Of a stretch of DNA of 64,000 nucleotides, positions 10,375-21,479 are shown piece after piece. The stretch comes from Anaeromyxobacteraceae bacterium. GTDB lineage: Bacteria; Myxococcota; Myxococcia; Myxococcales; Anaeromyxobacteraceae. Under the pieces are notes generated by a model. It saw nothing but the letters and a program-made list of their open reading frames with translations. It ran no database searches and was not told the origin of the DNA. The DNA is taken from assembly GCA_032654565.1 (NCBI GenBank), contig JAULAX010000009.1, positions 192,001 through 256,000 on the forward strand, given 5' to 3'. The translations under genes were made by a program, and so were the position numbers. Position 1 is the first letter of the stretch, and each line of letters begins with the position of its first letter.

Positions 10375-10602
10375 GTGAACCTCCGGCTGCCACGTTTCGA
10401 TGAGTCGGCGTCTGCTGCAGGCCGGCCAGCGGCCCACGCGCATATTTCGCACCTGCGAGGGGTAACGCGTGTTGACCCGAAAATCCATAGAGGAATCAAC
10501 ATCTACGCGGATGGTTCGTGCCGCGGTGCGCAAGAACTGCGGATCCTCAGGGCAATTTGTCGCGTTCCGGACAGCGGGCGAATGAGGGGCAGTCCCACCC
10601 CC

Positions 10603-11760
10603 TCAGAGCCGCGCCAGCCGCTCGCAGGCCCGGTCCAGCGTCGCCTCCTCCTTGGCGAAGCAGAACCGGAGCACCCGGTCCTGCCGCGGCGCCGCGAAGA
10701 AGACCGAGACCGGGATGCTGGCCACGCCCACCTCCCGCGTCAGCCGCTCGGCCAGGGCCAGGTCCGGCTCGTCGCTCACCGCGGCGTAGGAGGCGAGCTG
10801 GAAGTAGGTGCCGGCGCAGGGGAGCGGAACGAGGCGGGTGGCCGCCAGCCCGGCCCGGAAGCGGTCCCGCCGCCGCTGGTAGAAGTCGGCCAGCCCCAGG
10901 TAGCGGGCCGGCTCGCGCAGGAACTCGGCCAGCGCCAGCTGGATGGGGGTATTGACCGCGAAGACCACGAACTGGTGGACCTTGCGGAACTCGGCGGTGA
11001 GCGCCGCCGGCGCCAGCACGCAGCCGATCTTCCAGCCGGTGGCGTGGAAGGTCTTGCCGAAGGAGCCGACCACGAAGCTGCGCGCCGCCAGCTCGGCGTG
11101 GCCGGAGCAGCCCTGGTGGCGCTGGCCGTCGAAGACCATGTGCTCGTAGACCTCGTCGGAGACCACCAGGGTGTCGGTGCCGCGCAGCAGCGCCGCCAGC
11201 GCATCCAGGTCGGCGGCGGTCCAGACCGCGCCGGTGGGGTTGTGGGGCGAGTTGATCACCACCAGCCGGGTCCGCGGCGAGAGCAGCCGGCGCACCTCGG
11301 CCCAGTCGGGCCGGTAGCCGGGGAAGGCCAGCGACGCCCGCACCACCGTCCCCCCCGCCAGCTCCACCGCCGGGGCGTAGCAGTCGTAGGCCGGCTCGAA
11401 GATCAGCACCTCGTCCCCCGGCCGCACCGCGCAGGTGATGGCGGTGAAGATGGCCTGGGTCCCGCCGGCGGTGACGGTGACCTCGTGCTCGGGGTGGTAG
11501 ACGGTGCCGGAGAGCGCCGCCGCCTTCTCGGCGATGGCCTCCCGCAGCGCCAGGACGCCGGCCATGGGGGCGTACTGGTTGGCCCCGGCCCGCAGGTGCT
11601 TCTCCACCAGGTCGAGCAGCGCCGGGTCGGGCGAGAAGTCGGGGAAGCCCTGGGAGAGGTTGATGGCGCCGCACCCGGCGGCGAGGCGGGACATCACCGT
11701 GAAGATGGTGGTGCCGACCTGGGGGAGGCGGGAGGGGAAGCCGGCGGCGGCGTTCGGCAT
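10603..11760 (-). CDS. PLP-dependent class I/II aminotransferase (YbdL-like methionine aminotransferase)
   Basis: TTIFTVMS, INLSQGFPD, NSPHNPTG, SDEVYEH, SFGKTFHATGWKIG (PLP lysine), RFCFAK. Confidence 0.9.
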   Translation of the reverse strand: MPNAAAGFPSRLPQVGTTIFTVMSRLAAGCGAINLSQGFPDFSPDPALLDLVEKHLRAGANQYAPMAGVLALREAIAEKAAALSGTVYHPEHEVTVTAGGTQAIFTAITCAVRPGDEVLIFEPAYDCYAPAVELAGGTVVRASLAFPGYRPDWAEVRRLLSPRTRLVVINSPHNPTGAVWTAADLDALAALLRGTDTLVVSDEVYEHMVFDGQRHQGCSGHAELAARSFVVGSFGKTFHATGWKIGCVLAPAALTAEFRKVHQFVVFAVNTPIQLALAEFLREPARYLGLADFYQRRRDRFRAGLAATRLVPLPCAGTYFQLASYAAVSDEPDLALAERLTREVGVASIPVSVFFAAPRQDRVLRFCFAKEEATLDRACERLARL

Positions 11761-11921
11761 GCGCCGCGAGTCTGGGTCGGCGGCGGCGGCGTGGCAAGGG
11801 GAGGCGCCCGGGTGGCGGTATCGGCTGCGGCAGGATGGCGAGGCGATTCCCGCGCCGCGGCGGATCCGACCGGGCTATCGTCCCGCCGCTCTCCCCCTCC
11901 CCTTTCCGAAACGGAGCCCCC

Positions 11922-13538
<1,617 letters not shown>

Positions 13539-13592
13539 CGGCGGCCGGGCGCGGCCGCGGCCGGTCGGCCTGGCGTATATTCCGCGCCACCC

Positions 13593-14609
13593 ATGGACTG
13601 GCTGCGCCACCCCGCCCTCGCCTGGTTCCTGCCGGTGCCGCTGCTGGCGGCGCTGGCGCCGCTGCTCTGGCGCGTCTTCCGCGCCGACTGGCTGGAGCTG
13701 GACCGGGCCGCGGCCCGCCACCGCGAGGCGACGGTGCCGGCCGGCGCCACCGACCTGCGGCTCCTGGTGGCCCCGGCGCTCGGGGTCTTCGTGCTGGCGC
13801 TGCAGGAGTACTTCGGCAAGGCCAGCTTCTTCGAGGCGGCGCTGCGGCCGGCGCTGGCCGCCTTCCAGCGGGGCCACCCCGGCGGCCCGGTCGACCTCGA
13901 CACCTGGGGGGCGCTCTACGTCCAGTCCTGGTGGGGGCTGACCCGGGTGGGCGGCTACCTGCTGCCCATCGCCATCTGGCCGCTGCTCTTCCCCGGCGAC
14001 CGGCGGCGCGACTGCGGCCTGCGGGTGGCCGGGCTGGGGCGCCACCTCTGGATCTACGCGCTGGCGCTGGCGGTGATGGTGCCGCTGCTGATGGTGGTGC
14101 GCCACCAGCCCGACTTCGGCGCCTACTACCCCTTCTACCGGGGGGCCGGCCGCAGCTGGGCCGACCTGCTCTGCTGGGAGGCCATCTACCTGGCCCAGTT
14201 CTTCGCGCTGGAGGCCTTCTTCCGCGGCTGGTGGCTCCACGCCACCCGCGGCCTGGGGGCGGCCTCGATCCTCGGCATGGTGGTCCCCTACACCATGATC
14301 CACTTCGGCAAGCCCTGGCTGGAGGTCTCCGGGGCCATCGTGGCCGGGGTGGTGCTCGGCTCGGTGGCGGCGCGGACCCGGAGCATCTGGGCCGGCTTCC
14401 TGGTCCACGCCACCGTGGCGCTGCTCATGGACGTGCTGTCGCTGCAGCGGCGGGGGGAGCTGCCGACGCTCCTCTGGCCGGGGAGCGAGACCCACCTCGG
14501 CTTCGGCGGCTGGTCCTGGCTGCTGCCGGCGGTCGGGGTCGGCGCGCTGGGGGTGCTGGCCCACCAGGCCTGGCGGAAGTGGGGGCGGCCTTCGGCTCCG
14601 TCGACGTGA
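13593..14609 (+). CDS. CPBP (type II CAAX/Rce1-like) intramembrane metalloprotease
   Basis: Multiple TM segments; LEAFFRG, MIHFGKP and FLVHATVA motifs. Confidence 0.8.
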   Translation: MDWLRHPALAWFLPVPLLAALAPLLWRVFRADWLELDRAAARHREATVPAGATDLRLLVAPALGVFVLALQEYFGKASFFEAALRPALAAFQRGHPGGPVDLDTWGALYVQSWWGLTRVGGYLLPIAIWPLLFPGDRRRDCGLRVAGLGRHLWIYALALAVMVPLLMVVRHQPDFGAYYPFYRGAGRSWADLLCWEAIYLAQFFALEAFFRGWWLHATRGLGAASILGMVVPYTMIHFGKPWLEVSGAIVAGVVLGSVAARTRSIWAGFLVHATVALLMDVLSLQRRGELPTLLWPGSETHLGFGGWSWLLPAVGVGALGVLAHQAWRKWGRPSAPST

Positions 14610-14788
14610 CGCCGGGTTCCCGGAGGCCGGGGCACCTTCGCTCCCGACCCTGGGGCGTGAACCACCCGTCGCCCCGGCGTGTCGTGGCGGCTGGTCCAGC
14701 TCGCCGTGGCGGCGCTCCCCCACGAACTCCGCTGCGAAGACGGGTGCTTCCACCAGCCCCCGCTCCGGCGCCGCCCCGTTCGGCCGAT

Positions 14789-14804
14789 CGGCGCGATCCG
14801 TGCA
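14789..14804 (+). promoter_or_regulatory. Candidate sigma54 promoter for hemerythrin
   Basis: CGGCGCGATCCGTGCA, GG-N10-GC, about 50 nt upstream of the ATG. Confidence 0.5.
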
Positions 14805-14854
14805 ATTTGGTCCCGGACCCGGCCCTGACGGCCGATCCGACACGGGAGACACAC

Positions 14855-15295
14855 ATGGCGACGACGCTGGCCTGGAGCGAGGAGTTCTCGGTGGGAGTGA
14901 AGGGCATCGATCGGCAGCACCAGGAGTTGCTGGCACGGGTCAACGCGCTGTTCGACGCCATCGGCTCGCGCGAGGCCGGCAGGAGCGTCGACGAGCTGAT
15001 CGTCCACATGGAGAGCTACGTGCACCGCCACTTCCTCTGCGAGGAGAAGCTGATGCGGCGCCACGGCTACCCCGACTACGTGCTGCACCTCGGCCACCAC
15101 CAGCACTTCATCGAGGAGCTGGCCAGGATCGAGAAGATGTACGACCGCTCCGGACTCTCCCCGGAGCTGGTCACCCGGATGGCCGGCTACATCACCGACT
15201 GGCTCTCGCAGCACTTCGTCGTCGACGACCGGCGGCTGGCGGAGTACCTGCGGGCCCAGCGGGCCCTCCTGCACCCGGCCAGCTCGGCGGCCTGA
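14855..15295 (+). CDS. Bacteriohemerythrin (single domain)
   Basis: GGAG RBS; WSEEFSVG..IDRQH, HFLCEEKLM, HLGHH, WLSQHFVVDD give all di-iron ligands. Confidence 0.93.
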   Translation: MATTLAWSEEFSVGVKGIDRQHQELLARVNALFDAIGSREAGRSVDELIVHMESYVHRHFLCEEKLMRRHGYPDYVLHLGHHQHFIEELARIEKMYDRSGLSPELVTRMAGYITDWLSQHFVVDDRRLAEYLRAQRALLHPASSAA

Positions 15296-15339
15296 CCGCC
15301 GCTGGAGGACCGGGGTGCGGAGGGCGACCGCGCCGAACG

Positions 15340-15852
15340 CTACCCGGCGTGGCTTTCCGCCGCCGGGGCTTCCTTGGCCGTCGCGCTCCCCTCGACGGGG
15401 ACCCCGGCTTTCTGCTCGGCGATCAGCGCGGCCTCCGCGGCCTTGGCCTGCTTCTCCTGCCAGGCCCGGTAGTGCCGTGCGAACTGGGCATCGAGCCCCC
15501 GGATGTGGAGCTTGAGCCAGGGGGCCAGCCGGGAGCCGAACCAGAGCTGGAAGCGCGGGCTCAGGCCGGCGGCCGGGAACTCGCTGGCGACCCCCTGGAG
15601 CTCGCGGAGGTAGGCGGCGTGCGCCTCGGCGTGCGGGCCCCGCTCCCGGTAGGCGCTCTCCTCCATCAGCCGCTCCTCCGCCGTGAAGTGCTAACTGAGG
15701 TCGGCGACCACCGACGTCAGCGTGGCGGCGACGACCGGGGCGTTCCCCTTCTGCACGGCCTCGAGCGCCACCTTGATCTGGTGGTCGAGCGCCCGATGCG
15801 CCTCGTCCATCTCCTGCACGCCCACGTCCAGGTTCGGGTTCCACGGTTCCAT
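15340..15852 (-). pseudogene. Second bacteriohemerythrin interrupted by an in-frame TAG at 15691-15693
   Basis: Track ORFs 15691-15900 and 15340-15666 share a frame: MEPWNPNLDVGVQEMDEAH...ADLS*HFTAEERLM...HAEAH...HIRGLD. GGAG RBS precedes ATG 15852. Confidence 0.85.
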
Positions 15853-16112
15853 CGTGCTCCCTCCAGCGCCGAAGGTAGGGACCGCCGATGCGAGCGGCAA
15901 CGGCCCGGGCAGGTCGGCGTCCGGTCGGTATCGCCCGACCGACTCTCCCTCCGGGCCACCGGTCGTTGACGCGGACCCCGCCGCCCGTCAGGTGGGCGAG
16001 CCATTCGGCTGACGGGCCGGCCCGGACGACAGCCTCGAGCGCGGCGCGACCCGCGACCCAACCGTTCGCGCCGACTGGGGAATCCAGCCGGCCTCCGGAC
16101 CCCCTTCCCTCG

Positions 16113-16128
16113 TGGCATTTGACTTGCT
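16113..16128 (+). promoter_or_regulatory. sigma54 promoter of the diguanylate cyclase
   Basis: TGGCATTTGACTTGCT, near-consensus -24/-12. Confidence 0.8.
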
Positions 16129-16189
16129 TTATCGCCATCGCTGGGTCGTGACGACAAGTGGTCTGGACGGGGAAGACGAGGAGACGAAC

Positions 16190-17155
16190 ATGCCAGTCGC
16201 AGCGGTCCAGGCCAGAGAGAGCGATTCACAACGAGCGGAAGCCGGGTCGCTCGACGGCTCCGGCCTGCACCTGCGCCTGGACCATGGCCAGGCGCTGCGC
16301 TGCCAGCCCGAGGACGCGCTCGGCGCCGCGCGCCAGCTCTTCGAATCCTGGCTGCGAACCTGCATCCGCACCACGCTGGGGCGCGGCCCTGCCGCCCCTG
16401 GAACCCCCCTCCCCCGGGCCGCCATCCTGGGCACCGTCGAGAAGGGGCAGTCCCCCTCCTCGTCGAACAAGGAGTCCCGCCGGCTCCTCCGCCTCCTCTC
16501 CGACCGGTTGAAGCACCTCGACGGCCTGCTCCGCCGGTCCGCCGCCCCCGGCGCCACGCCCCCGGAGCTCGGGGCCCTGGTGCTCGAGGGCGCGCTGACG
16601 GTCCTCTCCGCCTTCGCCGGCCTGGAGGCCGAGCAGGCGGCGCTGCGGGCCTCGGCCGACCCGCTCACCGGGCTGGGCGGGCGCCGCGTCATGGAAGACC
16701 GGCTCGACCAGGAGCGGTCGCGAACGGCCCGCGAGGGCCGCCACTGCGCCCTCGCCCTGATCGACGTCGACCACTTCAAGAAGGTCAACGACTCCCACGG
16801 CCACGCCGTCGGGGACCAGGTCCTGGTCGGCTTCGCCGGCATCCTCCAGGAGAGCCTTCGCTCCTATGACGGCGTCTATCGCTACGGCGGCGAGGAGTTC
16901 GTGCTCTGCCTCCCCGGCGTCGACCTGGCCGTCGCCCACCGCATGGTCGAGCGGATCAGGAAGACCCTCTCGCGCACCCCCTTCGAGACCAGCTCCGGTC
17001 AGCCCTTCTTCGTGAGCTTCTCGGCCGGCATCGCCGAGATCTCGCCGCACCTGGCGACGTCCCGGTCCCTGGCGCTGGCCGACGCCGCCCTCTACCGGGC
17101 CAAGTCGGCGGGCCGGAACCGGGTCTTCCTCTCCGAGCAGCACGCCGCGGCATGA
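16190..17155 (+). CDS. Diguanylate cyclase (GGEEF) with helical, DgcZ-like N-terminal domain
   Basis: GAGGAG RBS; DPLTGL, DVDHFKKVNDSHGHAVGD, RSYD I-site, YRYGGEEF, ADAALYRAK. Confidence 0.93.
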   Translation: MPVAAVQARESDSQRAEAGSLDGSGLHLRLDHGQALRCQPEDALGAARQLFESWLRTCIRTTLGRGPAAPGTPLPRAAILGTVEKGQSPSSSNKESRRLLRLLSDRLKHLDGLLRRSAAPGATPPELGALVLEGALTVLSAFAGLEAEQAALRASADPLTGLGGRRVMEDRLDQERSRTAREGRHCALALIDVDHFKKVNDSHGHAVGDQVLVGFAGILQESLRSYDGVYRYGGEEFVLCLPGVDLAVAHRMVERIRKTLSRTPFETSSGQPFFVSFSAGIAEISPHLATSRSLALADAALYRAKSAGRNRVFLSEQHAAA

Positions 17156-17159
17156 TCCT

Positions 17160-17177
17160 GGCGGCCTCCCGGCCGCC
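17160..17177 (+). terminator. GC hairpin after the DGC stop
   Basis: GGCGGCC-TCCC-GGCCGCC; no U-tail. Confidence 0.35.
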
Positions 17178-17299
17178 TCGCCGCTGAGTCATGATCAGGG
17201 TCCCCGACCTGCGCTGGGTTGTCCGCCACCCTGACCACTCCGGGTCATCGCTTCAACCCAAGCACCTGGAATTGCGGGCTGTCAGGAGTCCGGCGTCAA

Positions 17300-17315
17300 C
17301 GGCACACACCTTGCT
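17300..17315 (+). promoter_or_regulatory. sigma54 promoter of the FleQ-like regulator
   Basis: CGGCACACACCTTGCT, followed by a GTC-N8-GAC box (17324-17337) over the expected start site. Confidence 0.75.
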
Positions 17316-17359
17316 TTTCCCCCGTCAATCGCCCGACACCGGGCGTCAAGGGGGAAGCG

Positions 17360-18490
17360 ATGGACCGTTCAGCTTGTGCGCGGAGTTCGGAGCCGGAACC
17401 GACGGGCCTGGTCCACGCCCCGAATTCACCCATCGTCGGCGTCATCCGCGGATGCGTCCGCATCGCCCAGAGCGACGCCACCGTCCTCATCACCGGCGAG
17501 ACCGGCACCGGGAAGGAGGTCTTCGCCCGCCTGGTCCACGAGCGCAGCCGGCGCGCCCACCACCCCATGGTCCCGGTCAACTGCGCCGCCATCCCGGAGG
17601 CCCTCCTGGAGAGCGAGCTCTTCGGTCACGTGCGCGGCGCCTTCACCGGCGCGGTGACCAGCCGCCGTGGCCGCATCGCCGCCGCCCAGGGCGGCACCCT
17701 CTTCCTCGACGAGATCGGCGACCTGCCGCTCCCCCTCCAGGTGAAGCTGCTCCGCGTCCTCCAGGAGCGCGCCTACGAGCCGGTCGGCTCGACCGAGTCG
17801 GTGCCCGCCGACTTCCGCCTGGTCGCGGCCACCAACCGCGATCTCGCCGCCGAGGTGGAGGCCGGGACCTTCCGCCGCGACCTCTACTACCGCCTGCTGG
17901 TCTGCCCGGTGGAACTTCCCCCGTTGCGGGAACGCCGCCAGGACGTCTCCCCGCTCTTCGAGCACTTCTGGTCCCGTCGCGGCGACCGGCGCCCCGTCGA
18001 GCCCGACCTGCTGCGGCTCCTGGAGAACCACCCCTGGCCCGGAAACGTCCGGGAGCTGGAGAACCTGGTCGAGCGGCTCGCCGTCTGCTCCGACGGGAAC
18101 TCCATCGGCGTCGGCGACCTGCCCCGCCACCTGCGCGTCGAGCGCCCTCCGGTCCCGCTCTCCGTGGTCCCTCACTTCGCCGCCGACGCCGCGGCCCGGG
18201 CCGTGACGACGTCGAACGACTGGGACCATCCCCGCGAGGAGGCCGCGCCGCGATCCTCCCCGGGAGGGTTCCCGTCCGGTCCGGTCCCGACCCCTCCGCC
18301 GCTCCCGCACTTCGACGGCCAGACCATCGACCTGCCGACGCTGCTTCGTCGCATGGAGGAGTCCTTCATCGACGCCGCCCTGACCCACACCGCCGGCAAC
18401 AAGAAGGCCGCCGCCGACCTGCTCGGGCTTCAGCGGACCACCCTGGTGGAGAAGTTGCGGCGCCGGACCCGCGACGCGCCTGTTTGCTGA
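17360..18490 (+). CDS. sigma54 enhancer-binding protein, FleQ/FlrA-like, no N-terminal regulatory domain
   Basis: GETGTGKE, ESELFGH, GAFTGA, LFLDEIG, WPGNVRELEN; HTH AAADLLGLQRTTLVEKLRR resembles FleQ/FlrA. Confidence 0.88.
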   Translation: MDRSACARSSEPEPTGLVHAPNSPIVGVIRGCVRIAQSDATVLITGETGTGKEVFARLVHERSRRAHHPMVPVNCAAIPEALLESELFGHVRGAFTGAVTSRRGRIAAAQGGTLFLDEIGDLPLPLQVKLLRVLQERAYEPVGSTESVPADFRLVAATNRDLAAEVEAGTFRRDLYYRLLVCPVELPPLRERRQDVSPLFEHFWSRRGDRRPVEPDLLRLLENHPWPGNVRELENLVERLAVCSDGNSIGVGDLPRHLRVERPPVPLSVVPHFAADAAARAVTTSNDWDHPREEAAPRSSPGGFPSGPVPTPPPLPHFDGQTIDLPTLLRRMEESFIDAALTHTAGNKKAAADLLGLQRTTLVEKLRRRTRDAPVC

Positions 18491-18575
18491 CGCTCTCGCC
18501 GGGGACAACCCCTTGGAATCCCACCCATACGCCAGGCGCAGTCGCCGCGCATGCCCGTTGCAAAAGGGCAGATCC

Positions 18576-19889
18576 ATGGCGCTCTCCGTCGCCCTCTTGA
18601 CGCTCCTCCTGCCCGCCGCCGCCCAGGCCGGGCTCGATCTGACGCACACGCTGGAGCGCTTCCCCCTGAAGGGAGGCGGCCGGGGCCTGACCGTCCGCGC
18701 CGAGCCGATGGCGGGCCGGGTCATCGTGGAGGGACCCGGCGTGGCCGCGCTGGCGCAGGAGCTCCGCGCGCCCACCCGGACGCTCTGCACCGACGTGTCG
18801 GTGCAGGACGAGACCGTGGTGCTGCGCTGCAGGTCCAAGCAGATCGCCGCGTCCATCGCCCCGCACGCGGGCGGCCAGAGCCTCGAGATCCGCTTCCTCC
18901 GCGTCGCCCCGTGGTCGGGTCGCGACGGCCTGCCGCTGGTCCCGTTCGATCCCTTCCGCCTCGACCTGGGGGCCAGCTGCCCGGGCGACACGCCGGCGGG
19001 CTCCGGTGAGTGTGCGCTGGCCGCCGGACAGCTCAAGGAGGCCCGGGAGCACTTCCTGGCGGCGACCGAGGGGGCCGGGGCAGCGCTCGCCGCGCTGCGC
19101 CTCGGCGACTTCGCGGCGCACGAGGGCGATCTGCCCGAGGCGATCAGGCGGTGGCGCCAGGTCCCGCCGCGCTCACCCTTCGGCCGCCTGGCCGCGGTGC
19201 GGCTCTGCGAGACGGAGCCCGACTGCCTCCCCACCGGCCGGTCCTCCATCCTCTTCGACGCCGCCGCGGTCGGACCGGCCCTTCGTCCGGACCTGCTCCT
19301 GCGCCGGGCCAGGCACGACGCCTTCGCCGGCCGGGCGCTCGAGGGCGCCCAGAGCCTCACCGGCGAGTACGGAGCCGGGGGGGCCTGCTCGGCCGAGCCG
19401 GAGCTCTGCGGCGACATCCTGCTCGAGGCCCTGAAGCAGCCCGGCCCGCGCGGCACGCAGGCGCTGGCCATCTACCTCGCCACGCCCTCGCGGGACCGGG
19501 GGCCGGTCGCCATCGAGCTGGCCCGGGCCGCCTCGGAGCGCAGCCTGGCGGCCGGGGCGCCGGTCTTCGCCGCCAACCTCCTGTCGCTGGTCTCTGGTGT
19601 CGTGACCACGGCCCAGCTCCCCGATCACCTCGCCCGGACCGCCGAGCTCTACCTCGAGGGCGGCGATCCGGTCCGGGCCTCGGTGGTGGTGGAGTTCGCC
19701 CGCACCCGCCTCGGCCGGCCCGAGCTCGCCTCGCCGCGCTGGACCCGCATCGCCAAGGGGGCCTCCACCCGGGCCCCGGCGAAGGTGGCGGCGCCTCGCC
19801 AGGATCTCTCCGGCATCGAGGCCGAGCTCGGACACTCCGGCCGCGCCATCGAGACGGCGCGCGACCAGGTCACCAGGAGCACCCCGTGA
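18576..19889 (+). CDS. Exported protein with TPR-like helical repeats, function unknown
   Basis: Signal peptide [35 protein letters not shown] and [20 protein letters not shown] are TPR-like; overlaps the next gene (GTGA). Confidence 0.7.
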   Translation: MALSVALLTLLLPAAAQAGLDLTHTLERFPLKGGGRGLTVRAEPMAGRVIVEGPGVAALAQELRAPTRTLCTDVSVQDETVVLRCRSKQIAASIAPHAGGQSLEIRFLRVAPWSGRDGLPLVPFDPFRLDLGASCPGDTPAGSGECALAAGQLKEAREHFLAATEGAGAALAALRLGDFAAHEGDLPEAIRRWRQVPPRSPFGRLAAVRLCETEPDCLPTGRSSILFDAAAVGPALRPDLLLRRARHDAFAGRALEGAQSLTGEYGAGGACSAEPELCGDILLEALKQPGPRGTQALAIYLATPSRDRGPVAIELARAASERSLAAGAPVFAANLLSLVSGVVTTAQLPDHLARTAELYLEGGDPVRASVVVEFARTRLGRPELASPRWTRIAKGASTRAPAKVAAPRQDLSGIEAELGHSGRAIETARDQVTRSTP

Positions 19890-21001
19890 TCGCCGCCCGC
19901 GCCACGGCGCTCTCTCCAGTCCCGGTGGCCGGGCCCCCGGCGCCGGTGGCCCGCTCCGTGGCGATGCGCGAGCTGATGGCCGCCGTCGACGACGTGGCCC
20001 AGACCCCCACCACGGTCCTCCTGCTCGGCGAGAGCGGCACCGGCAAGGAGGTGGTGGCGCGCTACATCCACCGGCGCTCCACCCGATCCAGCGGCCCCTG
20101 GGTGGCCGTCAACTGCGCGGCGCTCCCGGCCGACCTGCTGGAGAGCGAGCTCTTCGGACACGAGCGCGGCGCCTTCACCGGCGCGGGCGAGCGGCGCCTC
20201 GGCCGCTTCGAGCAGGCCAGCGGCGGGACCCTGCTGCTCGACGAGGTCTCCGAGCTGCCCCTGCCGCTCCAGGCCAAGCTGCTGCGCGCCATCCAGGAGC
20301 GGGAGGTCGATCGGGTCGGCGGCCACGCCCCGGTGCCCGTCGACGTCCGCATCATCGCCGCCTCCAACCGTGACATGGCCGGGATGGTGGCGCGCGGAGG
20401 CTTCCGCTCCGACCTCTACTACCGCCTCAACGTCTTCCCCGTCACCATCCCGCCGCTGCGGGAGCGGCGTGCGGACCTGCAGCCGCTCGTCGAGGAGCTG
20501 CTCACCGAGATCGCCGGAGGGATGGGGCGACCCTCTCCCGCCGTGGGACCCGGCGTGATCCCGCTCCTGGCGGACCTGCCACTTCCCGGCAACGTCCGCG
20601 AGCTGGGCAACCTGCTGGAGCGGGCGCTGGTGCGCTGCCACGGGGGGCTCCTCGACGTCGGCCACCTGCAGACGGTCCTGCCCCGGCCCCAGGCCATCCC
20701 CCCCGCGCCAGACGGGCTCCCCGGCGGGCTGCCGCTGGACCTCGGGGCGCTGGAGCGGCTCGCCATCTGCGAGGCGCTGCGGCGCGTGAACGGCAACAGG
20801 ACCCACGCGGCCCGCCTCCTCGGCATTGGTCTCCGCACCCTCCGCAACAAGCTCAAGGCCTGGCGCGAGGGGGAGGCTCCGCTCGCGGCCGTTGCGGCCG
20901 ATGGGCACTTCCTGCCCGGCGAGTTCGGCCTCTCGACCGGCTGCAGCCCGTGCCTGCTGGTCCCGCCGCCGGCACGCCTCTCGCAGGAGCGTGGAGCATG
21001 A
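19886..21001 (+). CDS. Second sigma54 enhancer-binding protein, FlrC/FleR-like, no receiver domain
   Basis: AGGAG RBS then [58 protein letters not shown]. Confidence 0.88.
   Translation: MIAARATALSPVPVAGPPAPVARSVAMRELMAAVDDVAQTPTTVLLLGESGTGKEVVARYIHRRSTRSSGPWVAVNCAALPADLLESELFGHERGAFTGAGERRLGRFEQASGGTLLLDEVSELPLPLQAKLLRAIQEREVDRVGGHAPVPVDVRIIAASNRDMAGMVARGGFRSDLYYRLNVFPVTIPPLRERRADLQPLVEELLTEIAGGMGRPSPAVGPGVIPLLADLPLPGNVRELGNLLERALVRCHGGLLDVGHLQTVLPRPQAIPPAPDGLPGGLPLDLGALERLAICEALRRVNGNRTHAARLLGIGLRTLRNKLKAWREGEAPLAAVAADGHFLPGEFGLSTGCSPCLLVPPPARLSQERGA
20970..20985 (+). promoter_or_regulatory. Candidate sigma54 promoter of flgB
   Basis: CGGCACGCCTCTCGCA; 13 nt between the -12 C and the flgB ATG. 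Confidence 0.55.
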
Positions 21002-21465
21002 GGATCTTCGACCAGACCTTCAGGACCCTCGAGCGAGCCCTCGACGCCCGCTTGACCCGACAGGGCGTCCTGGCCGGGAACCTGGCCAACGTCGACACAC
21101 CGGGATTCATCCCCCGGGAGTTCGACTTCGCCAAGGCCATGGGAGAGGGCGGCGCAGCCAGGCCGGGAGGCGCCCTGGCCGCCGGCAGCGCCGACGCCGT
21201 CGCCTTGCCCGCCAGCGGCGAGCTGCCGCTCGACCTGGGCACGCGAACCCTCCCGCTCCCGGGCGCCTCGTCCGGGCCGGGCGGGCCCTCCTCCGACCTC
21301 GCCAGCGGCGTCTCGAACGCGCCCGGGCTCGATGGCAACGCCGTCGACGCCGACCGGACCCTGGTGGCGCTCTCCGAGAACGCCATCCACTACGGCGCGG
21401 CCGCCAAGGCCATCGCCAAGAAGTTCGCCATCCTCCGCTACGTGGCCTCGGACGGGAACGCCTAG
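20998..21465 (+). CDS. flgB: Flagellar basal-body rod protein FlgB
   Basis: [23 protein letters not shown]. Confidence 0.93.
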   Translation: MRIFDQTFRTLERALDARLTRQGVLAGNLANVDTPGFIPREFDFAKAMGEGGAARPGGALAAGSADAVALPASGELPLDLGTRTLPLPGASSGPGGPSSDLASGVSNAPGLDGNAVDADRTLVALSENAIHYGAAAKAIAKKFAILRYVASDGNA

Positions 21466-21479
21466 CCGAAGGGGAACAC

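Noticed and set aside
15691..15693. Genome-wide reassignment of TAG
   Set aside because: TAG is the evident stop of many genes here (flgB, fliG, flgD, flgE, motA, fliQ, fliR, flgH, flgM, flgN, flgL, fliC), often followed directly by the next gene.
15987..16013. Near-matches to the GTC-N8-GAC box upstream of the DGC promoter
   Set aside because: Each has a mismatch in the core triplet (GTCA...GAG, GCCA...TGAC), too weak to call in GC-rich DNA.
18547..18562. Possible sigma54 promoter GCGCATGCCCGTTGCA, 14 nt before the TPR gene ATG
   Set aside because: The -12 element is good but the invariant GG at -24 reads CG; not counted.
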